A DNA stretch of 64,000 nt from the IMG/VR virus record IMGVR_UViG_3300022661_000051; one strand, 5' to 3'. The DNA is from a virus (lineage: Duplodnaviria > Caudoviricetes). Below are positions 20,430 to 29,900 of the stretch, one piece after another (the first letter of the stretch is position 1; each line of letters opens with the position of its first letter). The notes beneath the pieces are model-generated. The model saw only the letters and a program-made list of their open reading frames with translations, was not told where the DNA came from and searched no databases. The translations under genes and the position numbers were made by a program.

Positions 20430-23201
20430 TCACTTTAAGAAATTTAATAATGCTTTAGCTGAATACTTGAGGGTATTATGAGTAATCTTAACACTATGAT
20501 CCGAGAATGGTGTATTATGATAATACTCAGCAAAGTTGAATGCTTTATCGTACTTTGTTAAGTTAGAGAAGTTCTGTGTAAAGATATTCTTAGCCATTGC
20601 CCTATTACGAACCAACTCGTCATATCTTTCTTTTTTGATATTTTTCTTTGTCATTTCCTTCTCAATAGAATCTATCAGAAACCATAATCTTGCAAGTTCA
20701 TACTTTATTCCCTCAAGATCTGTAGCGTTTCGATAAGCTTCAAGAAGCTGTGCGGTTTTATCAATCTCATCACCATAATCGATATTACCCATACGACACT
20801 TATAGATAATGAGATTACCGTCCTCATCGAATTCTACGGGGAATTTCTTCTGTTCATTAACAAAAGTAAAAGATTCTGATACTTTATTATCAGATTTGTG
20901 CCATGTCATCTCCTGACGATCTTCATCAATGTCTTTAGATAATACAAATCCAAGTCGTTCATATAATGCGATAGCGCTTGTGTTTTTCTTATATACATTC
21001 AAAACTAACTTGTCGTTGTTTGATTGTAGAGTTTTGATAATATCAGTCCCTATACCTTTACCTCTATGCTTGTTTGTTATATAAATTTCATCGATAAATT
21101 TCGCATCATTCTTAGGATAAACAAGCAATGATCCAGCTTTATCTTTACCGACGTATATAACTTTATATTTTGAAAGTTGAGCTCTTGTTTCTCTGCTACA
21201 ATAGAAGTTTATATCTTCTAATAACTGAGGATTATTCTTTGGAGCATATTTTACAATAGTATCATATTTCCATTTATATAAGATAGAGATGTCGTCTTCT
21301 GTTGCATGTTTTAAGGTGTATCCCTTTCTATCTTCTGCGAAATATTTAAGATCCTGTAAAGCTTCAAGTATATTTTCATCATATACAGATTCGTTGATAC
21401 TTAATGTATCTTTGTTCTTCTTAAGAAATGAGATCTGTCTTTTAACTTTTACTCCATTATACTTAGGAGCTATACCATAGTATACTTCAAAGATCTTATT
21501 CGGTCTTGTCTTTGCTCCATTGTAAATATCGCTTGGAGCTGGGATTTGCTGATCTCCAACGAGATTTATATCGCCAGACTTTAATACAGTATCTACAAAT
21601 GTACTACAAACCTGCTGGTACTGATCATTGCTTGCTTTATGATTGATATGGAATATCTTATTTGCAAATATTCTAAGATCAAAGTTGGTCTTGTGATTCG
21701 CAAAGTCATAAACTGTTTTCTTAAGCTTAGTAACAACAGGCTTTTCTGCAAAGAATGCAAATACTGAAATTACATTATCTTTGAATGATGAAAGATTTTC
21801 TTTTATGAAGCCCCAGTTATTCTTACGCATATTGAATGAATAAACTTCATTCAGTTCAGGATCGAATGTTATACTAGCGTGTGAATACTCTGACTTGGTA
21901 ACAAACTTTATACCCTGTGATATAACAGGAGTTTTACCCTTTGTCAGAACTAAGAATACTGGTTCATAGGTATCGTCAACAGCTTCATTCAATTCTTCTT
22001 CAGAAAGTTCTGGAATTGAATCAAGCTTAATAAAATGATCGACTGGATAATTTGCCTGAATAAGACACTTTATTCTTGAGGATGCATATTTTCTGTTAAA
22101 CTCATAATCGATTTCTGGGTTCCATCCGAGCTCGAGAATAGATTGTTTTCTTGCTAATATCTTTTCCTTATCTCCAGATTCTTTAATCTTATCGTAGTCT
22201 GAATATAACTTTCTCATAGTAGCTACCCATTCTTTACGATAATCTTCGAATACATGATCTTTACACATATCTTTATAAGAATCAAACCACAAAGGAATAG
22301 ATATATCTCCAACAAGTTTATCATTATCAGGATGATCAGAGTATTTGTTATTGTTGCCATACACTCCAAGATCAATCATTTCTTCTGGAGTGAAGTATGG
22401 TGTATCTACAAATAAAGCATCTCTTCTTTTCGAAGACTCATTTAACTTCTTTCTATATCTATTTTCTGCACACTGAATAACAAATGAATTCTCACCTAAT
22501 GGAGATTTCTCAACAGTAGTTTCATCTGCAGAATTTAAAAGTTCAGATTTTAATTTATTATATCTCTCCTGATTAGAAATTCCATATAACTGACGAGATA
22601 CATCGTCAGATTTTCTCATTATTTCATTAGATTGAGATCTGAATTCGTTGTACTGTTTTTCGAGATCTTCAAGTTTCTCACCAGCAGTGTTACCGTTCAA
22701 TCCTGCAATTATATTATAATTAGACGTTTGGTCGTACATCTTAGCATAATCGTCTGCAGTTTCAGGGTATTGATCTTTTGGTTCTACAAGATTTATACGA
22801 TCAGATTCGTCAAGAGTAACAGCATCCGGTAATTCAATGGTATCGAACGTATGATCTTCGTAACCTTTAACATCATCCTTAATCAGATTTATAAGATGAG
22901 GTTCGATATCATCAGAAAAGTTATCTGTTTTAATCTTGTTTCGATTATTATCATTTCCAGCGAGCGAAGATGTCTTCTTTTCAAGTTTAGTCTTGATATC
23001 TTCATAATGCTGCTGATTAGTTTTATTCCATATTTCAATAGATTTATCATCGCTTAATCTTTGCTGTCTCGGTGTCATAAGAGACAAAAAATTATTCCAT
23101 TGCTGTTCGAGATCTTCTATATCATCTGTATCTTTGATGATGATATAATTTGTGTCTCTCATATAAGCATTCGCAAGGATATTTTTATAGTTATCCGACA
23201 T
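20430..23201 (-). CDS. multidomain virion protein with permuted papain-like (YiiX/NlpC-P60) and GNAT acetyltransferase domains
   Basis: SEYSHASI..QQVCSTFV (His before Cys, permuted NlpC/P60). HRGKGIGT..NTSAIALYERLGF (GNAT). Late promoter 23230. Confidence 0.75.
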   Translation of the reverse strand: MSDNYKNILANAYMRDTNYIIIKDTDDIEDLEQQWNNFLSLMTPRQQRLSDDKSIEIWNKTNQQHYEDIKTKLEKKTSSLAGNDNNRNKIKTDNFSDDIEPHLINLIKDDVKGYEDHTFDTIELPDAVTLDESDRINLVEPKDQYPETADDYAKMYDQTSNYNIIAGLNGNTAGEKLEDLEKQYNEFRSQSNEIMRKSDDVSRQLYGISNQERYNKLKSELLNSADETTVEKSPLGENSFVIQCAENRYRKKLNESSKRRDALFVDTPYFTPEEMIDLGVYGNNNKYSDHPDNDKLVGDISIPLWFDSYKDMCKDHVFEDYRKEWVATMRKLYSDYDKIKESGDKEKILARKQSILELGWNPEIDYEFNRKYASSRIKCLIQANYPVDHFIKLDSIPELSEEELNEAVDDTYEPVFLVLTKGKTPVISQGIKFVTKSEYSHASITFDPELNEVYSFNMRKNNWGFIKENLSSFKDNVISVFAFFAEKPVVTKLKKTVYDFANHKTNFDLRIFANKIFHINHKASNDQYQQVCSTFVDTVLKSGDINLVGDQQIPAPSDIYNGAKTRPNKIFEVYYGIAPKYNGVKVKRQISFLKKNKDTLSINESVYDENILEALQDLKYFAEDRKGYTLKHATEDDISILYKWKYDTIVKYAPKNNPQLLEDINFYCSRETRAQLSKYKVIYVGKDKAGSLLVYPKNDAKFIDEIYITNKHRGKGIGTDIIKTLQSNNDKLVLNVYKKNTSAIALYERLGFVLSKDIDEDRQEMTWHKSDNKVSESFTFVNEQKKFPVEFDEDGNLIIYKCRMGNIDYGDEIDKTAQLLEAYRNATDLEGIKYELARLWFLIDSIEKEMTKKNIKKERYDELVRNRAMAKNIFTQNFSNLTKYDKAFNFAEYYHNTPFSDHSVKITHNTLKYSAKALLNFLK

Positions 23202-23278
23202 AAATGATTCTCCTTTCAGCGATTTGAATTATTAAAATGTTCCCGAAGTGGATTAATGAGAAAAAAGAAAGAGCCGAC

Positions 23279-23728
23279 TTAGTCGGCCCCTTCTATCTTC
23301 TTCTGGATAGCATTCTTGAAATCGAGAAATTCTTTTTCCTCGATATATCTATCGGGTAACAGAATTCCTTCTATTAAGCTTTTCAGCTCGTCTTTCGAAT
23401 TTGCAAAATGTAAATCTGAAAATTTACATTCAGGAATGTTGTTGATAAAAACAACATCATTTTCGATAAATATATTATCTTCATCTATATTTATCTTATT
23501 CTGACATATTTTCGTTCCAGAGGTGATAGACTCTGCAACGATAAATTTGTCATTAATTGGTTGAAACAATGGGAGTATCGATGGACATGTCATATGGGTC
23601 GGTGTAACGGTATCGATACCCGCTTTTAGGATAAGGACCACATCCACGAGACTCACCCTTGAGAGGACGATTATGTTTCTTGCTGTGTTGCGAGTAGCAA
23701 TCGCAATTTTATACATCGGCTTTTTCAT
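23279..23728 (-). CDS. hypothetical early protein
   Basis: Early promoter 23786-23803, AAGGAGG RBS. Confidence 0.65.
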   Translation of the reverse strand: MKKPMYKIAIATRNTARNIIVLSRVSLVDVVLILKAGIDTVTPTHMTCPSILPLFQPINDKFIVAESITSGTKICQNKINIDEDNIFIENDVVFINNIPECKFSDLHFANSKDELKSLIEGILLPDRYIEEKEFLDFKNAIQKKIEGAD

Positions 23729-23814
23729 AAGAGATTTCCTCCTTAAAAATATAAAAAGTAATAGACATGTATGTATTGCCTATTCTACTAAAATAATATA
23801 TAAATACAATTTTT

Positions 23815-24199
23815 AAAAATGACGGAAATGACCGAGTAGCATAATGCTACTCGGACAAATTTCATATATCATCATAAAAAGATAAAATTCGGCTTATCGT
23901 CGAGACGACTGTAGATTTACAGGTCTTCTCCCATAACTCTGTAAATCAAGCGTCTCAACGATATAGATTATGTTGTTCTCCCCAAAACAAGTAAGCCCAA
24001 CAAAATAAAGCCCTTGTTCTGGAGAACGCTGGAATGGACCGTAAAAATATTTCTCTCTTAGCATTAAGTAACGAATTTCAATAATACGAACGGTAAGCGC
24101 AAAAAAACGTTTTAGTGAAAGCGAAACCGAACTAATAATTCAAATCGTAAGATTCCAATCACGTCTGATTTATCAGAAGCTTTGAGCGATTATTTTTAC
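23815..24199 (-). ncRNA. putative structured ncRNA N1 (about 380 nt)
   Basis: Late promoter 24199-24210, hairpin 23832-23854, no ORF, long internal stems. Confidence 0.6.
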
Positions 24200-24226
24200 A
24201 TTATATTGTTATATAGTGTGTAATTA

Positions 24227-25318
24227 TTAATTACTACCATTGTTACCTTCAGTATAATAAATAGAATCGTGAACGGCTTCAAGATGTAAAGCGTATTTAC
24301 GAATCTCCTCCTGAGCATGTTCATCAGTTCTAAGAGCCAAGAATGAGATAAGAGAATCGAGACTAAATGTCATATAGATTCTCTTACATAATACATTAGA
24401 AGGTAAGAAGGCTCTTGCATCTTCCTTCTTAAATTTGGATTTAAGAAGCTGCGGATAAATAGACATAAGTTCTGCCGCAAGTTTATCCGGAGTCATATTA
24501 ACTTCCTTGCCGAAGATCTTGATATTGATTGTCTTGTCCTTGATAGAATCGGGTACATAGAAATCGTTACCGGTGTAGTTTACATAACGCTGAGACTCCT
24601 GTGTAATTCCGTTACGATGTCTTACAAGCTGATGAGTGGCAGTTCTTGACATATTCTTGAAGAGAACAGTAAATGGAAGCGTAGTTAATACTTCTGTAGG
24701 TGTAAATCCATATTTGAAAGCGAAATCGATCATTTCGTCCTTATATTCCTTTGAAGGGTATCCATATACTTTAATTTGTGGAGTTTCGATAAGATTCTGA
24801 GTTTCGTTTACATCTTTACAATCGTCTTCAGGACTTAAGATGACATCAACAAAACGATTCATATCGATTCTTCCGGTATGCTCAATACCACAATAGAATT
24901 CTTTTACTGTATGATCGTAAAGAAGAGACATAATATCAGTGAATATCTCGCCATCAAGATTCTCAACCTTTGCTACAAGATCAATAAATCCTCTTATAGA
25001 ACCGCCGATAAGAAGATTAAATGTATTGTCTTCATTCACAGTCATATAATGTCTCAAATACTGTGTTCCTGCGAAGATATCAGCGAGTTCAGGATACTGG
25101 CTTGTAGGTCTGTTAACAAGCATCATAGAGAGGTATCCGTGTTCGAGAACAGAACCGTGACCATGTTTTACTCTCTTAGAGATATACTCTTTCTTTTCTT
25201 CATAAGTAAGGTCTTTAGTGTTATCATAACATGCAGTACATGCTTCATAAATAATGCTAACCGCATCGTTATAATATAACATCATTGAGGATTCTTTGTT
25301 TGTGAATTCAAGTTTCAT
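24227..25318 (-). CDS. thyX: flavin-dependent thymidylate synthase
   Basis: GHGSVLEH and SRTATHQLVRHR..QESQRYV motifs, plus EDARAFLP and HAQEEIR. Confidence 0.92.
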   Translation of the reverse strand: MKLEFTNKESSMMLYYNDAVSIIYEACTACYDNTKDLTYEEKKEYISKRVKHGHGSVLEHGYLSMMLVNRPTSQYPELADIFAGTQYLRHYMTVNEDNTFNLLIGGSIRGFIDLVAKVENLDGEIFTDIMSLLYDHTVKEFYCGIEHTGRIDMNRFVDVILSPEDDCKDVNETQNLIETPQIKVYGYPSKEYKDEMIDFAFKYGFTPTEVLTTLPFTVLFKNMSRTATHQLVRHRNGITQESQRYVNYTGNDFYVPDSIKDKTINIKIFGKEVNMTPDKLAAELMSIYPQLLKSKFKKEDARAFLPSNVLCKRIYMTFSLDSLISFLALRTDEHAQEEIRKYALHLEAVHDSIYYTEGNNGSN

Positions 25319-26405
25319 TTTTATTTCCTCCGTTACGTGAATTTATTAAAGATACCATATCGTTTATAACTATACTTAATGGTATTCTTTGAAAATCGTG
25401 ATTATCTATTGTCCACATAGGAACACGTATAACATTAATCTTATAGTTAATCTTATAATCTGTTTCTAAAATATAGAGAAGATTATAATACAAATTCTTA
25501 TACATATTAGAATAGGACTCTTCGGAGTCTTGTATTATCTTATAATCAATCATCTCATTCTTAGAAGAGTTTTTGATTATTTCTTCCATATAAGGATTGT
25601 TAGAATCGAGCATGACGATATTTAAATTTATAGAATCTTTGTACCCAATCATTTGCTTCAGCGATGGGTATTCCTCAAGTTGTACTGTGAATATACTGAA
25701 AGCTGACTTTACTTCATATATATTAGAATAGAATTCGCTGAACGTTGTGTTTAAATCTTTCTTAAATAAGAACAAGAATTTCTCACAAGCTTCAGACAAT
25801 GCGCCTGATTCAACATCGCAATCAATGACCCCTGTTATAATATCATGCAGATAATTATAATACTTACTATAGAAATTGAATTTTGAGTAGTTATATATAA
25901 ATGTGCTTATATATGATCTATCCAATAAATATGCAGGCAATACCGATTGATCATTTTTATAATCAGATATTATATTACAGAGATGTTTATCTTGATCCGT
26001 AAGGTTGACTCTTACCATAGCATCATAGATTTCTATTAGATGCTGAATATTGTTTGCTATCGTAGGTAGAATAGTATACATAATAGCCTGTGGTCTACTT
26101 TTCACAAGCTTATCTACAACTTCACCGTCTACATTAGTAACTGCTTCCTTAAGATGCTGTAAGAGAATTGGTATTGTACATTCTTCTATCTCTCTAGCCA
26201 TCTTTACAAGGCTATTCATTTCTGCAGTTACATCATTTGTAGGAAATTTAATTATATCTACACTATGTATATTATCTGGATTAGAAGCGATCTTATTAAT
26301 TAGAGTTGTTTTGCCAGCACCATTTAACCCTTCAAAGATATATATTCCTTTAGGCAATGGCGTTATAGGTTCTTTATCTTCTTTATTATAATGTCCTGTG
26401 TACAT
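25308..26405 (-). CDS. tmk: thymidylate-kinase-like P-loop kinase (enlarged)
   Basis: FEGLNGAGKTT, IIKFP and LLDRSYIS motifs; overlaps thyX. Confidence 0.6.
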   Translation of the reverse strand: MYTGHYNKEDKEPITPLPKGIYIFEGLNGAGKTTLINKIASNPDNIHSVDIIKFPTNDVTAEMNSLVKMAREIEECTIPILLQHLKEAVTNVDGEVVDKLVKSRPQAIMYTILPTIANNIQHLIEIYDAMVRVNLTDQDKHLCNIISDYKNDQSVLPAYLLDRSYISTFIYNYSKFNFYSKYYNYLHDIITGVIDCDVESGALSEACEKFLFLFKKDLNTTFSEFYSNIYEVKSAFSIFTVQLEEYPSLKQMIGYKDSINLNIVMLDSNNPYMEEIIKNSSKNEMIDYKIIQDSEESYSNMYKNLYYNLLYILETDYKINYKINVIRVPMWTIDNHDFQRIPLSIVINDMVSLINSRNGGNKNET

Positions 26406-26554
26406 GGTGTTAAACCTCCTGTATATTTTATATTATAAAGTTTTACTATGGGTGAAATTTGCTCGCGCTTTGGGGTGTTTGTATTCTGTAATCTATACTA
26501 TAAATCTTATATTTGTAAAATATTAGTATTTTTTTAATATTGAATAAACATCTA

Positions 26555-26710
26555 TGTAATAGAGGAGCAGGGGAAACAGGGAAGGTATTAATAGGAACAG
26601 AGGAAAGAGGGAGCATAATAATAGGAGCAGAGGAGCAAGGGAAGATAATAATAGAGAAAAACTGGAAACAGGGAAATAGGAGCAAGGATATGGGGAGCAT
26701 TATAATAAAA
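26555..26710. repeat. purine-rich imperfect ~30-bp tandem repeats next to an AT-rich tract
   Basis: ATAGGAACAGAGGAAAGAGGGAGCATAATA and ATAGGAGCAGAGGAGCAAGGGAAGATAATA, plus degenerate flanking copies. Confidence 0.7.
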
Positions 26711-26746
26711 TTCCAATTCCAAGACAATTTCCCATAACATTATAGT

Positions 26747-26856
26747 AAGAATAAATTTTTTCATTGTTCATAAAATTCTCTCTGGATTTTATGATTGTCT
26801 CCTTTCAGTTTTGATATATAAAGATAGTCTAGGGATTGTCCCTAGACTATTCTTCT
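26747..26856 (+). ncRNA. putative small RNA N2 (about 110 nt) with anti-AUG and anti-SD tracts
   Basis: Promoter 26736-26747, terminator 26824-26850. Contains UUUUUUCAUUGU and GUCUCCUUUC. Confidence 0.6.
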
Positions 26857-26939
26857 GCCAAATTATTCTATATACTTATTATTCTAATATAATAATCGAT
26901 AAAGAACGAGACTAGGGAATTTCCCTAGTCTCGTTTCTA

Positions 26940-29900
26940 TTATTCCTCAACTTCCAAATCAGGATGATGAATATTATAGTCCTGTTTAATTCCCATTATA
27001 TCTTTAACTTGTCTATCTAATTCAACTAAGAACTTATAAGCTAAAGTATACTGTAATGGAGCAGTAATCATACGTTTATCAAATGATACCATTGAAACAA
27101 GACAATCGATAACTTCGTTATCTCTGTAAGATGATCTCGGTTCATTACCAGGATCGAATACTTCTTTAGCAACACCCTTTTGAGCTCCAAGAATAATAAG
27201 TTTATCTCCAATAGAGAAGTCATCTTTATACGAAACATATATTTCAATAAGAACACCTTCATCTACATTCTTCAACTTACCAGTACTGTCAAGACGATAG
27301 TCTGATACATATTCTTTAGCCTTTTCTGGATCGTACTTTTCAATAGTCTTTCTGATTCTGTTCTGAGAATTCTCATAATCCTTAACAATCTTCTGAAGAG
27401 AAGGAGAGAGTTCATCGATCTCTACTGTACGATATATCTTAATATCTTCAATAACACCAGTATTATGAGACTTGATCGGAATTCTACCAAGAGATGTTAC
27501 AGTTTCTTCATCATCTACGAGATTCTTCAGAAGAACGTTTACATCATCATCTTCAAAAGCATTCTGCATTACCATAAGAGGTTCACCCTCTTCAATCTTC
27601 TGTCCAACCTTTACCAGATTATATACGTTAGTATTCTTAGAAAGGTTAACATCAACCTTAGTAACTACATTAGACGACAGAGCATTACTCATATATCTAC
27701 TTACAGCACAAGAATCTTCGAATCCCTCATCTGTAGTAAGAATAGCGATTTTAGCAATAGTTCCCTGATTATAAGTAGCATTATCATCATAACCAATACC
27801 TGTAGTATATGACATAGGATCATAAGCAATCAAGTCTCCAGTTTTTACTGTAGAACCAAGCTTATCTGCAGGTTTAAGTTTAATAGATGTGTAGAAACCA
27901 CCGTCAGAGTTTTTATATACCTTATTATTTAGATCGACATATTCAATTGATCCATCCTTATACTTAACTACGATATGATCAGAAGTCTTCTCTACGACTT
28001 TACCATCCATTTTAGCGTTTATAGAGAAATAATCTGGAGTGAAGTTTGATAAAGCGTCGTCCATACCGTTAGTAATAAGAAGAGGATCACCTCCAGCTAC
28101 TCTCATATCATGCTTAGTACGCTGAGTGAATGACATAGCTTCACGGAACGGGTCATCATGAGTTGTCGAAAGTGGAGTAAGAGCTTCTGCAATACATGTA
28201 GTATTAACGTCATTCATAATATCCTTATTATCTGCAGTATCTTTGATATAACCACGCTTACCAGATATATTCATATTAACTGTTGTCTGACGAGTTTCAC
28301 CAACCGTTGAAGCGAAACCAGTTGACATAGCTAATATACCATTCATCGACTTGTCATAAGTTCTCTTATCCAAACTATATGAACGTTCAGAGTTCATACC
28401 AGATAATCCTTTAAATGAAACCGTATTGGCAGCTTCAGCATAACAAAGATCATTTATAGTAGACGCATCAGATGTAGTATTATCTGTAAGAACCTTATCT
28501 ACAATTGCTGACTGTTTGATAGTCATAACAGCCTTACCAGTTTTCTTCATCTTTGTATGATAATCAGCATAAGACTCTGATAAAGCTTTATATGTATAAC
28601 CAGCAATTAGCTCATTTGTTCTGAATCTGTTTCCGGTAATATCAACGTGCTTATTGAACTTAGAATCTGTAAGAAGATTAGAAGCATAGAATAATGCTGA
28701 ACAGAAATCGCTAGGAAGATTATAAGCTTCACATGTTCTTATAGTGATAGGGTCAAACATCAGGTTATAGAAGTTATCAAGACCATCAGCCTTTATTCTT
28801 CCGCCGAATATATCAAGCATTTCTGTCCACATAGATTTTGTATCTATATCTTTGATAGAATAATCTTCTGTATTACATTCTTTAAGACCATTCATAAGAA
28901 GAGATGACGAATAATCTATTTCATAATATAAGAATGCATCTTTGAACTTGATACAGTCGTATGATTCACGAGGTCTTTTTTCTCTCTTATCACGGATTTC
29001 ATATTTAATTCCTGCTTTATTGAGAGACTTGGTAAGACCTTCGCAATATGCTGCGACTACAATAACTGGAATGGTTGTATTCATGATACTAGCCTTTGAA
29101 TAAGAACATCTTGAGCTAGGCTTAACCTCATTATATATAGCTTCAAATTCAGGATCTTTGATAAGAACACCACGAAGTTTATCTGAGAAGAAACGATCAT
29201 TCTTATCCATATAGATAACATACTTTTCCGAAGAATTATAACCAACAGGAATACCTTTAGAGTAATTGATTTCTTTTTCGTATTTAGAACGGATCTCATC
29301 CTGGTCAAAATAGAATGTCGTGTCTCCGTAAGAAATCGTAGAATATTGTGAGCCGAAGTCGATATAGTCTAAAGGAAGATCGTATTTAAGAGCTCCGAAA
29401 GCATTACTACCGATCTTAATCTTAATCTTATTTCCTGTATATTTACCAAGAGCTTTTGACAACAGATCTGATACTATATTAGACTTACCAAATGTAGTAC
29501 CAAATATTCTGAAGAATATCTTGTTGTAGTTTGTTGTGATCTGGCAGACATCCTTTTCTGTTTTAATAATTGGGAGATTCATGAGCTGTCCGTTGATAGT
29601 TTTATCGTTACCTCTCAATCTCATAAATCTATTATTCTTAAACTTAGGAATATCGAATTTAAGAGTAAATCTTGTACCCTTAATATCCTCCATCTGAACA
29701 GTCCAAGTTTCAATAAGATCTTCGGATGTTGAAGTATCTTCGACCTTAACATCTCTTACAGACACAGGAATTGTTCTTGTTCCAAAGAATGCGAGTATCG
29801 CCATGATATCTTCATCGACATTATATGACTTATTAAAGTTAATGTATTGTAAGTTATCCCACTGATCTGCATTGATCGAGTTGATATTAATTTTAGTAGT

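Noticed and set aside
26446-26737. ORFs on both strands across the purine-rich repeats; possible CRISPR array
   Set aside because: No convincing RBS and low-complexity translations. The repeats are contiguous and degenerate with no unique spacers, and there are no cas genes.
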